Part shown: one piece after another, positions 33,453-43,695 of the stretch
How the letters are laid out: the number at the start of each line of letters is the position of its first letter
Numbering within the stretch: position 1 is the first letter of the stretch
IMG/VR virus record: IMGVR_UViG_3300046804_000816
Location: 12,274 to 76,273 of that record
Length of the DNA: 64,000 nucleotides
DNA from: a virus
Direction: 5' to 3' (one strand)
Made by a program: the position numbers and the translations under genes
The notes under the pieces: model-generated
The model's database searches: none
What the model was told of the DNA's origin: nothing
The model's input: the letters and a program-made list of their open reading frames with translations, nothing else

Positions 33453-34361
33453 ATGAACGAATCATTTTCTGCCCTCAAGCGCCAGCGTACTTCTTCGCTG
33501 GAGCGCCTCACCAAAGAAATCAATAAGCTGGCTAACAAGGAAACATCTTCTAACGAAGACGATCGTTTCTGGCAGCCTGAAGTTGATAAGGCTGGTAACG
33601 GTTACGCCGTTATTCGTTTCCTTCCTGCGCCTCAGAACGAGGAACTTCCGTGGGTTCGTATCTGGAATCATGGTTTCCAGGGTCCTGGTGGCTGGTACAT
33701 CGAGAACTCGCTGACAACTCTTGGTCAGCAAGATCCCGTTTCCGAGATGAACTCCAAGCTGTGGAACTCTGGTAACGAGAAGGACAAGGAGATTGTCCGT
33801 CAGCGTAAGCGTCGTTTGACCTATATCGCTAACATCTACGTTGTCAAGGATCCAGCTCATCCCGAGAACGAAGGCAAGGTATTCCTCTACAAGTTCGGTA
33901 AGAAGATCTTCGACAAGATCAATGAGAAGATGAATCCTCAGTTCGAAGATGAGAAGCCAATGAATCCTTTCGATTTGTGGGCTGGTGCTAACTTCAAGCT
34001 GAAGATCCGCAAGGTTGAAGGATATCGCAACTACGACAAGAGCGAGTTCGAAGATTCTTCTCCGCTCTCTGACGATGATGCTGATATGGAAGCTATCTGG
34101 AAGACTGAGTATTCTCTCGCAGAACTCGTTGCTCCCGATAAGTTCAAGAGCTACGACGAACTGAAGAAGCGTCTGGATAAGGTTCTTGCTGAACCTACCT
34201 CTCGCAAGAGTGAGGAAGACGATATCCCTTTTGATCGTCCCGTTTCCCGTCCCGCTGCTGCGCCTGCAGTTGGCAAAGCGGCTTCTGCACCGAAGAAACC
34301 TACCGTCGATGAAGACGACGATCTGGAGTTCTTCAAAAAGCTCGCTGAGGATGACGACTAA
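33453..34361 (+). CDS. gp32: Single-stranded DNA-binding protein gp32
   Basis: DDRFW.P.VDKAGNGYAVIRFLPA, WYIENSLTT, YKFGKKIFDKI, NYDKSEF, acidic tail. Confidence 0.97.
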   Translation: MNESFSALKRQRTSSLERLTKEINKLANKETSSNEDDRFWQPEVDKAGNGYAVIRFLPAPQNEELPWVRIWNHGFQGPGGWYIENSLTTLGQQDPVSEMNSKLWNSGNEKDKEIVRQRKRRLTYIANIYVVKDPAHPENEGKVFLYKFGKKIFDKINEKMNPQFEDEKPMNPFDLWAGANFKLKIRKVEGYRNYDKSEFEDSSPLSDDDADMEAIWKTEYSLAELVAPDKFKSYDELKKRLDKVLAEPTSRKSEEDDIPFDRPVSRPAAAPAVGKAASAPKKPTVDEDDDLEFFKKLAEDDD

Positions 34362-34396
34362 TCGTAGGACTTATTCCTTTCACCTACGATTCAACT

Positions 34397-34422
34397 GGAG
34401 GAGCTTCGGCTCCTCCTTTTTT
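34397..34422 (+). terminator. Intrinsic terminator with C(UUCG)G loop between convergent operons
   Basis: GGAGGAGC-TTCG-GCTCCTCC-T6. Confidence 0.9.
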
Positions 34423-36448
34423 ATTGATAATGAACGTTCTGTCTAGCGATGAATGGTTGCAACGCAGGATTAGAAACTTCCATAGGCAAGTTCTGTCCAG
34501 ACACATTATTTGTTTCGCCACCAGAAGAAGAACCGACGTTCGTAGTCGATGAGTTATTCATTACGACTGGCTCAAGCGGTCTTACAGAACCGCTCATGCG
34601 CATTTCTTCACCTCTCCTAAGGGCGTCTACGTCTTGCTGTCTATCAAACTGTTCCATTCTACCGCGAAGCAGTTCTGGACGAGTGCGTTCCGCAGCTTTT
34701 ATTCCCGCTTCAGGTGAGTATTGTTTATCTGTCAGTGGATTGTAATAGATGGGGACTTGTGTCTTTTGACCACCGATATCCCTGTCAATATAATATGTTT
34801 TGTTTGCTTCGCTGTAATCTTCGCCACCTGCACCAGTTGATATCTTAGCGAATCCTGCTTTATCTTCTCTAGTAGCCTGACCCAATACTTGTCCGCGCGC
34901 ACGAGCTCTTAGTGCGCTTGTTCCAGTCCCTTTTAGCTTTTCACCTGTAACTGGATTATATGATAGTGCTTCATTCGTTTGTTGCTCCGAACTACCAAAC
35001 GGTCTAGCGCCGTCACCTTCTCCTGGCATTGGAATCGCATCGCGTATTCTTCTTCTTGGCGCGCCAGGAGGAGCTGCAGGTTTAGCAGTTCCTCCACCAG
35101 AATTCCTTTCGGCCATACCTTCTTGATGCGCAGTGATAGCTAGTTTACCGTGAAGCGGATCTGCTGCTATTTCTGGAGGAAGAGCAATACCTTTTCTTCC
35201 CATCTCTTTGTACTGAGCAGCTTTTGCAGCAATCTCGGGATCAACACTTGACGGTGTAGCCGCAGGAGCTCCTTCTGGCGCGCCGCTAGTTTGCGGTGGA
35301 GTAACAGCTTTATTTCCTGCAATTTTTCTATCTATGTCTCTTTGCTCATTAGCTAAAACAGGATCCTTATTGTTTTCGTTTAGAGACTGATCCCAGTTTT
35401 TTCCCGCCGCGGTAGGAGCCGTCGGAGGCGAAGTTGGTGCGGTTGATGCTCCTGGAGCTGCAGGAGTAGAAGGAGCTCCTCCTCCAGCAGGTTTTTGTGC
35501 GCCGCTTACTTCTTCACCAGTTTTGAAATTGAACGTTTTACCTTCGTCTGGATGTCCTGGTTTAATAATTCGTATTAAATCAGAACCCTTTCCGCCGGGT
35601 TGTTGTATCTCGCTTCCTTTAGGCGCAGGACCCAATCCTTTACTCGTAAGGAACTCGGTTATACTATTCTGACGTTGTTCTCTCTGAGGACCAGACTTAG
35701 CTGCCATAGCAGCCGCAGCTTGTTCAGTCGGTTGTGTTACTTCTTGCTTATACTGTTCTGACTCGTATAACTCTTTTAGCTTCTTATCAAGACCAAAGTA
35801 AGAATACAACTTATCAGCGATACCAGCAGAACCAAAGATAGCTGTAGCCAAAGCAAGCATGCTACCGCCAGCTGCAGCAAGGAATGCGCCGCCTAGACTT
35901 GATGCAAAGAATGTAGCTAGTGATCCTAAAGCACTCGCACCCATTTGACTTAGGAAACCACCGAGCGCAGAAATAGCCTTTGCTCCACCTAACATAGATG
36001 TTACAACATCAGTAATTGTTTTGGTTATATCTGTTGCTGATCCTGGTGCTGTAGTTGGCGTGCCAGCTTTTATTTCTGGAGTGACAGGAGCAACTGGCAT
36101 AGGAGCTCCTTCAATAATCGTGTCTCCACCTAAAGCCAAACCAGAAAGATTCACACGACTAGCTGCTATCTCAGAATTAAGTCCTCTAAAATCTTTAACA
36201 ATAGTTTTTCCAAGATCTCTGAGAGACTTTATAGTTTTGTTTATTCCAATTACAGTTTTTTTAGCTGTTTCATTGATACGAGCAAGTTGAGTAGTAAGAT
36301 CGCTCAACATAATAACAAGACCACCAAAGTCCGATTCCTCAAACATTGTTGAGGATTTTTTTTCAACTCTTTCGTTCTGAGCTTTTGGTTCAGGCTTCGG
36401 ACGCTCTGTTGCTTCTACTCTACCTGTAGCTAATTGTGCAATAGCCAT
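34421..36448 (-). CDS. Tail/tape-measure-associated low-complexity protein
   Basis: Helical N-terminus, Gly/Ala hydrophobic segment, Pro/Ala/Gly tracts; follows gp26/gp51. Confidence 0.5.
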   Translation of the reverse strand: MAIAQLATGRVEATERPKPEPKAQNERVEKKSSTMFEESDFGGLVIMLSDLTTQLARINETAKKTVIGINKTIKSLRDLGKTIVKDFRGLNSEIAASRVNLSGLALGGDTIIEGAPMPVAPVTPEIKAGTPTTAPGSATDITKTITDVVTSMLGGAKAISALGGFLSQMGASALGSLATFFASSLGGAFLAAAGGSMLALATAIFGSAGIADKLYSYFGLDKKLKELYESEQYKQEVTQPTEQAAAAMAAKSGPQREQRQNSITEFLTSKGLGPAPKGSEIQQPGGKGSDLIRIIKPGHPDEGKTFNFKTGEEVSGAQKPAGGGAPSTPAAPGASTAPTSPPTAPTAAGKNWDQSLNENNKDPVLANEQRDIDRKIAGNKAVTPPQTSGAPEGAPAATPSSVDPEIAAKAAQYKEMGRKGIALPPEIAADPLHGKLAITAHQEGMAERNSGGGTAKPAAPPGAPRRRIRDAIPMPGEGDGARPFGSSEQQTNEALSYNPVTGEKLKGTGTSALRARARGQVLGQATREDKAGFAKISTGAGGEDYSEANKTYYIDRDIGGQKTQVPIYYNPLTDKQYSPEAGIKAAERTRPELLRGRMEQFDRQQDVDALRRGEEMRMSGSVRPLEPVVMNNSSTTNVGSSSGGETNNVSGQNLPMEVSNPALQPFIARQNVHYQ

Positions 36449-39339
36449 TAGAATATCCTCAGAGCTCTAGCTATTCCAAATCCAGCTGCTGCTCCCGCAA
36501 TAACAAGGGGATTGACGTCTTCCATACGTCCGCGCGAAGGAACGTAAGAAGGCTGTTGGAATACTGTTCTTGTGTTGTTAATCATTCTTGTATTGTTCAT
36601 TATGATAGGTTGTTGCATTCCCATCATAGCACTAAAGAAGTCTTGCATCGCGTTCTGTTGCGACATAGCAGCCATCTGTTGTTGCGGCATCATAGACTGT
36701 TGTGGTCCAGGACGCATAGCAGGCGGAGGAGCGGCTCTTGGTGGTGCTGCTGCTTGTTGTTGTGGATTTGGTCCACCTGTAGGAGCTGGAGCAGAACTTC
36801 TTTGCGGTCCGCCAGCAACTTGTGTTCCAGAATCAGCGTCGAATGGTTCTCCACCAATTTTCATAACGTGTGGTGGATCGAATGATGCGTGTGGTCTGTT
36901 CAATCCGTACTTCTTAAGATACGGATCCATCGCTTCTGCAGGACTTACATCGAGCGCTCGTCCCTGCGAGTGAGCTGATCCCTTTCCGCCACCAGGAGCA
37001 GTATATTGTTTACCCTGATATGTAATTGTTGTAGTTTCTCTAGGTTTAGCGGGCGAATAGATTCCAGGCTCTCCTAGAATATTTGCGCGAACCCAAAGTT
37101 GTGCTTGATATTCGTCACCACGATATGCGGAGTTGATACGAACAGGTCCACCATATTCTGTTGCAGCTTTGTAAAAGCGTTGCAGAAGATCTGGATCAAC
37201 TCTTGACAAATCTACGTTAGGACCAAGAGATACGTTGGAAGGAGGAGATCCCGCAACGTTTTCTTGTCCGCCTGGTCCAGCGAGAGAACCGACTCCTCCT
37301 GTTCCTGCAGCAGGACCTGATGGCGCTGGAGTCGGAGCACCAGCTGCTGGTCCTTGCGTTTGTGGAAGAGTTGGAGTTGGTGTTCCTGGAGGAACTGCTT
37401 CTGCGCTTGGAGCCGCGGTCGCTGCACCTGGAGGAGCTAGCTCGCCTGGAGTTACACCTTGTTGTGCTGCGTAGGCCGCACCAAGTCTTGTAATACTTGC
37501 AACACCGCCTCTATCTCTTACTGCGTACCAAGGACCTCTTTCCAATCCAGCAGGTCCGCGGCGTTTCATAAGCTCCAGAGAGAAATCAACTTGTTTTTGC
37601 CAATTAGATGCAGATGGCGGCTCGCCGTATTTCTGCATGAACTCTGCAGCCATACCGCCAGGAGCAATTCTAGTTGGATCTGGAGAAGCGGAATATAGCT
37701 GATAAGGACCAAACGAATAACCCTTCGCGTCCTTATTACCAAATGTCGGTGATCCAATTGTGTTTGCGTTCAGTCCTTCGTAAGCAGCAATACCGAGCGC
37801 AAGATTAGGATCTACGCCCATAGCTTGTGCTTTGCTTACGATATACTGCGCTATATCTTTTACGGTGGGTGGAGCACCTGGAACTGGTGGAAGCGGCGCA
37901 ACACCAGGAGCTGCTGTAGGTGCACCAGCCGGCGCTCCTTGCGTTTGTGGAAGAGTTGGAGGCGCGCCACCTGCTACGCCTGCTGGAGCAGCACCCGCGC
38001 CAGCAGCTGCCATTGCAGTTGTTCCTGGCGTTTCTGGAGCACCAGGAAGCGGAGCAACACCACTGCGATCAATTCGTACTGAACCGCCTTCTTGCGATGC
38101 CATAGAAAAGTGCATGGTGTCTTTTGACGAAGTCCAATCTCCACCCCATCCAAGACCATACTTACGAGCCATCGCAGATACGTTCGATGGCATATCTGTA
38201 ACTGTTCTTCCGTCGAACAGATGGGGATTTGAGCTTGGATTGATATCAATCGAAACGCCTAAAGCATGGAAACTCTTTTGACCAGTTCCTGCGATGTTAC
38301 GATTAGCATATCCACCAATGCTTTTGATTTGATAACCGCTGTTTTCTAGCTCGTCAACAAATCCTTTGAAATTGTTTGCATATTGTTCTGCAACAACATA
38401 TTGTCTTTTTGAAATAGGAGTTGTCAAGGTCACCATTCCTGGTGTGCTTGATGGTTGTGCTCCTGCGGATGGTTGTGTTCCTGTTGGTCCTGGTGCTGTT
38501 GGTCCGCCGCCTGGAGGAGCTGATGGTGCTCCACCCATAGTCGTAGCTGCTATGACTGCTCCAGCCCCAATCGCTGCTCCGCCAGCGATCGCAGCAGCAC
38601 CCATAGCAACATTTCTTCTAGCTCTGATTGCTCCTATTCTACCAGCACGCGCTTGAACTTCTGCAGGACGCGATGTTCTAAACGAAGTTGCTTTAGCAAC
38701 TCTAGTTTGCGTTTCTGCAGCTTTTGCAACTTTAGAACCAGAAACTGCAGGAACAGCTGATGGTTTTCTAGGACGAGATACAGCGCCACCGGCTTTCGTA
38801 GGACCCTTTACGCCAGTCAGCTGTTCAATAACAGCATCGCGGAATTCTTCATTCTTTCTTATAAGATTGCGAATCGTGTTCTGATTCTGTTCATATAAAG
38901 TATTGGCTATAGATGTCAGCTGATCTGTTACAGCAGGCATTCTGTTATAAATCAGCTCAGAAGTATCGGCAACTCTTTTTGCGCTGACGATCGTCTTCTG
39001 CAAAGAATTTTCAAATTCTTTATTTTTCTGTACGCCAACTTTCGTAGGAGCTTTTGGCATACCAGTCTTCACGTCGGCATTACTATGAAACGCTTCTTGT
39101 AGACGATCGCTTACAGGTTTTCCTGTATCATCTACTATAGTACCGTCAGTCTTTTTGAAGTAGGTCGACTTACCAATTTTACCAACAAGATCGCCAAGAG
39201 CTCTTTTTCTCTTGACTTTAGCTTCTACAGGCGCAGAGTCTAGAGAGGACAGAACATCAGCTGCGTCCTTCTTAGCTTTGTCGCTTCCCTTTTCTAGAAT
39301 AGCGCGGAGAATGTCTTCTCCGCTTTCTTTCTCTGCCAT
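36448..39339 (-). CDS. Tape-measure/hub-associated protein with three predicted peptidoglycan hydrolase domains
   Basis: M15 (GGYANR...SFHALGVSIDIN...WGGDW...DTMHF), lysozyme/SLT-like (GVDPNLALGIAAYE...GPYQL), second M15 (INSAYR...SAHSQGRALD...DPPH). Confidence 0.75.
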   Translation of the reverse strand: MAEKESGEDILRAILEKGSDKAKKDAADVLSSLDSAPVEAKVKRKRALGDLVGKIGKSTYFKKTDGTIVDDTGKPVSDRLQEAFHSNADVKTGMPKAPTKVGVQKNKEFENSLQKTIVSAKRVADTSELIYNRMPAVTDQLTSIANTLYEQNQNTIRNLIRKNEEFRDAVIEQLTGVKGPTKAGGAVSRPRKPSAVPAVSGSKVAKAAETQTRVAKATSFRTSRPAEVQARAGRIGAIRARRNVAMGAAAIAGGAAIGAGAVIAATTMGGAPSAPPGGGPTAPGPTGTQPSAGAQPSSTPGMVTLTTPISKRQYVVAEQYANNFKGFVDELENSGYQIKSIGGYANRNIAGTGQKSFHALGVSIDINPSSNPHLFDGRTVTDMPSNVSAMARKYGLGWGGDWTSSKDTMHFSMASQEGGSVRIDRSGVAPLPGAPETPGTTAMAAAGAGAAPAGVAGGAPPTLPQTQGAPAGAPTAAPGVAPLPPVPGAPPTVKDIAQYIVSKAQAMGVDPNLALGIAAYEGLNANTIGSPTFGNKDAKGYSFGPYQLYSASPDPTRIAPGGMAAEFMQKYGEPPSASNWQKQVDFSLELMKRRGPAGLERGPWYAVRDRGGVASITRLGAAYAAQQGVTPGELAPPGAATAAPSAEAVPPGTPTPTLPQTQGPAAGAPTPAPSGPAAGTGGVGSLAGPGGQENVAGSPPSNVSLGPNVDLSRVDPDLLQRFYKAATEYGGPVRINSAYRGDEYQAQLWVRANILGEPGIYSPAKPRETTTITYQGKQYTAPGGGKGSAHSQGRALDVSPAEAMDPYLKKYGLNRPHASFDPPHVMKIGGEPFDADSGTQVAGGPQRSSAPAPTGGPNPQQQAAAPPRAAPPPAMRPGPQQSMMPQQQMAAMSQQNAMQDFFSAMMGMQQPIIMNNTRMINNTRTVFQQPSYVPSRGRMEDVNPLVIAGAAAGFGIARALRIF

Positions 39340-39525
39340 TTATCGCCTTGCTTTTTCTTGTTCTTCTTTTAGTCTTTCTAGATACTCAACAAGCATTTTG
39401 ACGTAGATATCCCTCTCCCACGGAATCATCCCATCTATGTCACTCAGCGAGTATTTGTGATACTGCATTAACGAAAAGTTGGTCTGATAATAATTTGCCA
39501 ACGTATTATGAGAGAGGACTATTAA
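39340..39525 (-). CDS. gp51: gp51-like baseplate hub assembly protein, in -1 frame of gp26 (not in ORF track)
   Basis: Translates ..SHNTLANYYQTNFSLMQYHKYSLSDIDGMIPWERDIYVKMLVEYL..; no ATG/SD at the start of the conserved block. Confidence 0.8.
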   Translation of the reverse strand, partial: LIVLSHNTLANYYQTNFSLMQYHKYSLSDIDGMIPWERDIYVKMLVEYLERLKEEQEKARR

Positions 39526-40226
39526 AAAAAATCAGACATTCCTTCCAGCGTTACAGTATCTTCTTGTCCGCAACCTTTGCATTTATATGTAAATGTGTGT
39601 CGCAGTTTTGGCATAGTATTGATAAACTGCATGATCTTAGAAAACTGAGAATTATTCAGCGACTCTAAGAACTGTACTGCATCCTGTAGATTATCAGGTT
39701 CGTACACATTCTCCTCGTCGTAAACACTGATAATGCACTTAGCCAACATCTCAAGTTCGTCGCGTCCTTCCGAAATCAACTTGACGTCGTTGATACTTGG
39801 ATAACGCATCTCAACACCAAGTTTGTCGTCGATCTGAATCTTGTTAGTGTGACCGTCAGTCTTTTCAACTTTTACTGTTTCTAGATTAACTTCAATCGGA
39901 GTAACAACTTCGCAAGCTTCTCCCTTATAGTTTACTCCCCCAGAATGTCTATACTCTAACTTGATAATTTCGCCAACAGACTTTGCTCGAATATTGAGAA
40001 ACACATATTCCAGATCAAAATACGGAAGTTTGTTTACATCAATGTCTTCGCAGCAAGCTCCGATAACTTCTTTGACTGCATCAATCATAGACAACGAGTC
40101 TTCAGACTGAGCAGCCATAAGCAATGCTTTTTCTTCTTTCACCAAGAATGGTCTAAACGAAATTCGTTTTCCAGACGAAGGTAGTTCTAAGCCAAATCGC
40201 GGTGTTGCAATCTTTGGTAATGCCAT
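39522..40226 (-). CDS. gp26: Baseplate hub assembly chaperone gp26
   Basis: MALPKI, FRPFLVKEEK.LLMA, FDLEY.FL.IRAKSVGE, MRYP, LEG..DFF. Confidence 0.9.
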   Translation of the reverse strand: MALPKIATPRFGLELPSSGKRISFRPFLVKEEKALLMAAQSEDSLSMIDAVKEVIGACCEDIDVNKLPYFDLEYVFLNIRAKSVGEIIKLEYRHSGGVNYKGEACEVVTPIEVNLETVKVEKTDGHTNKIQIDDKLGVEMRYPSINDVKLISEGRDELEMLAKCIISVYDEENVYEPDNLQDAVQFLESLNNSQFSKIMQFINTMPKLRHTFTYKCKGCGQEDTVTLEGMSDFF

Positions 40227-40236
40227 AAATCACCCC

Positions 40237-40923
40237 TCACATACGTGTTCTATTAGTTCTATCCCTATCAAAGAAACTACGATTAGGAAATGTATTATTG
40301 AGTTCTTTGCTGTGATGATATCTTATTTCTACTTGCAGTTTTCCATAGCCCTCATCACCCCAGGCTAATTGAATATCATTTACAGAAATAGGATATGCCT
40401 CTTCTAGGATAATTTCTGTATGTGCTTTGTAACCTTCTCCAGAAGAACCGCTTGTCCCAGAAGCGTTCTTTACTGGATAAGAATACTGCACGATCTTTAC
40501 AGTTCCAATTCCGTCCTGATAATACTTCGTATCAAATGGTCCACGCACAACAGAACGATCATAGTTCGTGCGATAGTGTCCTACGAAGAAATCTTGCCAA
40601 CGCATAAAGATCTCGCGCTCGCGCATGTCTTTTGACAAGATAACTGTCATAGTCACAGGCTGTTGCTGGAAACGATACGGAATCGCGCGCACAGGACCAT
40701 GATACTGTTGATCAAGCGTCGTCAACGTTCTACCTGGCATATTCAAAGACTCGATACGAAAACGCATACCCTGATCTAAGCCAAACGAAGTTAGAATGTT
40801 AGATACAGCTCCAGTTCTGCTATACGATCCAGGTCCACCGAGAATAAGTCCTTCAAAGTGAGACGTGTATGCTATACCAGATTTTGTAATGTTAGACGAA
40901 AAGTCTTCTACGTTGAATGGCAT
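40237..40923 (-). CDS. Tail tube initiator / gp54-like tube-fold protein
   Basis: PGR.L.T, F..WQD.., LEEAYP.SV..I.L.W tube-fold motifs. Confidence 0.6.
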   Translation of the reverse strand: MPFNVEDFSSNITKSGIAYTSHFEGLILGGPGSYSRTGAVSNILTSFGLDQGMRFRIESLNMPGRTLTTLDQQYHGPVRAIPYRFQQQPVTMTVILSKDMREREIFMRWQDFFVGHYRTNYDRSVVRGPFDTKYYQDGIGTVKIVQYSYPVKNASGTSGSSGEGYKAHTEIILEEAYPISVNDIQLAWGDEGYGKLQVEIRYHHSKELNNTFPNRSFFDRDRTNRTRM

Positions 40924-40925
40924 TG

Positions 40926-41540
40926 TTAGATCCTGTTGCGACTATCCGCATAAATGCGTGACTTGTTAGCGCCCACAAATCTATCAAGCGGTAAGAACAA
41001 AGCCATTTCCCATTCAGTGGGCTCTATGTAAAAGAATTTGGTTCTGACATTCGAAACCAGATATCTTTTGATACATGGTTTGAAAAAACGATATTTGCTT
41101 GCTTGTTGCAAAATGTTATATGAAATACGAAGACGCGTCGTTTCGTCAAGTTCTTTAGTTGTAGCCGTTTCATATAAAGCGTCCATCAGTTTTGCTCTGA
41201 GTGACAACGGCAAATAATGAAGATTAATTCCTAAGAAAGAACCTTGTGCTGGAGCAAAACCTGAAACGCGCGAAGATCCGATTGGAAACACAAGTGGATA
41301 TCTATCATAGTACGGTAGTTTTTCTTTGTTCTTTGGATCGTACTGAAACAGATACATACGCCCAATAAGCGGCTTATCAGTTAATCGCGTAGCCTGACTT
41401 TTAATCATTCGGCTCGGATTTGCGATACTAATGCTTTTAGCCTGCTGACGAAACCAGTTTCTTGATTCGCGCTTGATCGACGGAGATACGCCAGCTATAG
41501 AGCCGCGTTGAATCATGCGATCGAAGATATATGCAACCAT
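40926..41540 (-). CDS. gp2: DNA end protector protein gp2
   Basis: GRMYLF.YDPK.K.KLPYYD.YPL, FLGINLHYL, PCIKRYL. Confidence 0.92.
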   Translation of the reverse strand: MVAYIFDRMIQRGSIAGVSPSIKRESRNWFRQQAKSISIANPSRMIKSQATRLTDKPLIGRMYLFQYDPKNKEKLPYYDRYPLVFPIGSSRVSGFAPAQGSFLGINLHYLPLSLRAKLMDALYETATTKELDETTRLRISYNILQQASKYRFFKPCIKRYLVSNVRTKFFYIEPTEWEMALFLPLDRFVGANKSRIYADSRNRI

Positions 41541-41983
41541 TAGATTCCTAGTTCCTTCTCCGTCAGTACGACGAATTGCCAATTACGATCGGCGCAGTAT
41601 TCTTTAGCTGCGTGCCACTTTGCACTATTTATTCCAAAAGTCGCGACCTCACGAAGATACTTCTTAGTATGCTGCCCCTTCGCTCTAGGCGCTGGAGGAA
41701 CTGATTGTGCTCGAGGTTTGATCTCAATCATCTTGACGACGACATTCCCATCCTTGTCGCGCATACGAACTATGAAATCGGGAAAGTATCTATGCCACTT
41801 ACCGTCTAGCGGAGACTTATATGGAACAATGACTTCTTCAGATGCCCATTGTATAATGTTAGGATTAGTGTCAAGATAAGCCATGAATCTAAGCTCCCAC
41901 GAACTGCGATATACAATGTTCGTCGGATCGCCTTTATATTTCTGCGGATTCTTGGGTTGGAATCGTCCTTTGTACGTAGCCAT
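41540..41983 (-). CDS. gp4: Head completion nuclease gp4
   Basis: YKGRF.PKNP.KYKGDP..I.YRSSWE, WASEE, HRYFPDF, EIKP. Confidence 0.95.
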   Translation of the reverse strand: MATYKGRFQPKNPQKYKGDPTNIVYRSSWELRFMAYLDTNPNIIQWASEEVIVPYKSPLDGKWHRYFPDFIVRMRDKDGNVVVKMIEIKPRAQSVPPAPRAKGQHTKKYLREVATFGINSAKWHAAKEYCADRNWQFVVLTEKELGI

Positions 41984-41999
41984 GCCTTATATGTAGCGG

Positions 42000-42007
42000 T
42001 ATAAATA
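42000..42007 (+). promoter_or_regulatory. T4-type late promoter
   Basis: TATAAATA at divergence point of structural operons. Confidence 0.8.
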
Positions 42008-42030
42008 GCAATCAGCAAAAGGAGTCACAA

Positions 42031-43101
42031 ATGGTTCTACCACTGTTAGCTAGTTTAGCCGCGCAAAGAGCAAGTATGAGCACTCTGTCTAGAGTTGCTG
42101 GATACGCCGCTCTAGCTGGTGCTGGTGTTGCGTTCGCCGGGCTTGCTGGTGGTAATCTTGTAGGATCTAATCCATTTAATAATGCTCGTTTAACGTTCCC
42201 TGATGATTTAGAAACAAACGATCACTGGATTTCTTTTGAAGCTGTTCAGACGCAAGGCCAAGCATCAAACATTCTTTCATCTTTTAATCTAGGTAATCTC
42301 AGTGGGAAATTTACAACTGGCGGAGGAATGGCGTTTCTTCCAATGCCGTCGAATGTTTCGACAGATTACAATCCAGAATATACTTCAAAAGAACTTGGTC
42401 CTATGGCAGGACAAGCATTAAAACCTTTTGATCGCGCGATTTATGGAAACAACGAGCTGAGTCAGGGTGCATTAAATGGCGGATCTTTAACTGGATTGTT
42501 TACTAGCACAGCAGCTGGTGCAGGATTACAAGCCGCTCAAAAAGCTGTAGGAGCCGCAGGTGGCGGAGACGCATTTGATGCTCTACTAAAAGTATCAGCA
42601 GGATTAGCTGTTAATCCCCACAAGATTCTGTTGTTCACTGGCGTCAATTTCCGTGATCATAGCTTCTCGTGGAAACTATCTCCTAAGAATAGATACGAAT
42701 CCGACATAATCAATTCTATCATTCAGTTCTTCACGTTCCACTCACATCCAGAATACATTTCTGGCGGATTGTTCTTTAAGTATCCTGAGTTCTTCAAGAT
42801 CAAGTTCCACTATCCGCAATATCTATTTGAGATTCGTCCGTCAGTATGTACAGATATTCGCGTCAATTATCATGGGCAAGGATATCCAGCGTACATTAGA
42901 AACGCGGATGGCGGAGGAATTCCTGCTCCAGCCGAAGTAGAGCTGACACTTTCGTTTAAAGAAACAGAAATTGTTACGAAAGATTCACTGAATCCGCCTA
43001 GAATAATAATGCAACCAGCTCAGCGATCACCGCAACAGTCTCAATCTAATGGTCCTGTTCAAAATACAACAAATGGTCCTACATTTTCTCCAGGAGCATA
43101 A
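42031..43101 (+). CDS. gp48: Baseplate tail-tube cap gp48
   Basis: LPMP, NP...LLF.GVNFR.HSF.WKLSPKN..ES, L.L.FKE.E. Confidence 0.8.
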   Translation: MVLPLLASLAAQRASMSTLSRVAGYAALAGAGVAFAGLAGGNLVGSNPFNNARLTFPDDLETNDHWISFEAVQTQGQASNILSSFNLGNLSGKFTTGGGMAFLPMPSNVSTDYNPEYTSKELGPMAGQALKPFDRAIYGNNELSQGALNGGSLTGLFTSTAAGAGLQAAQKAVGAAGGGDAFDALLKVSAGLAVNPHKILLFTGVNFRDHSFSWKLSPKNRYESDIINSIIQFFTFHSHPEYISGGLFFKYPEFFKIKFHYPQYLFEIRPSVCTDIRVNYHGQGYPAYIRNADGGGIPAPAEVELTLSFKETEIVTKDSLNPPRIIMQPAQRSPQQSQSNGPVQNTTNGPTFSPGA

Positions 43102-43695
43102 ATGGCTTTTTTCTTCAGACCATATCCAACAGTTAGATATCGTGTTCCTAAAACGAACAAGACGGTTGCGGCTACGAACATCACCAAGCGATTCGCTGTT
43201 ACGAATTTTCTAAACAATTCGAAAGCTACATTCGACGAATACTTCGTTCAGGATGGAGAACGTCCAGATATTGTTGCTACTCAGTATTATGGCGATCAAA
43301 CATTGGACTGGCTTGTTTTGCTCGTAAACGAAATTCACGATCCATACTTTCAATGGGCTTTGTCTTACGAGCAGTTCAATAGTTATCTTCGTCAGAAATA
43401 TGGTAGCGTAGAATACACTCAAAGCACGATTCATCATTATGAACAGATAGTTCAGATTGGTAGAAATTTCACTGATAATGGAGTTCAACGTATAGTTCCT
43501 GAAAAAACTGTAACGATTGATTACGCTACATATGTTTCTCTTACTGCGCCTGAAAGAAAAGCTGTTACAATATTTGAATATGAAAATGAACGAAACGAAA
43601 ACAACAGACACATTTATTTACTGGATCTAAACTATACGTTGCTGATCAAAGAGCAGCATCCTTATATTTTCGATGAAGGTGGATACGTTAGATGA
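43102..43695 (+). CDS. gp53: Baseplate wedge gp53
   Basis: DGERPD.VA..YYGD..L.WLVLL.N.I.DP..QW LysM-like; HHYE. Confidence 0.88.
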   Translation: MAFFFRPYPTVRYRVPKTNKTVAATNITKRFAVTNFLNNSKATFDEYFVQDGERPDIVATQYYGDQTLDWLVLLVNEIHDPYFQWALSYEQFNSYLRQKYGSVEYTQSTIHHYEQIVQIGRNFTDNGVQRIVPEKTVTIDYATYVSLTAPERKAVTIFEYENERNENNRHIYLLDLNYTLLIKEQHPYIFDEGGYVR

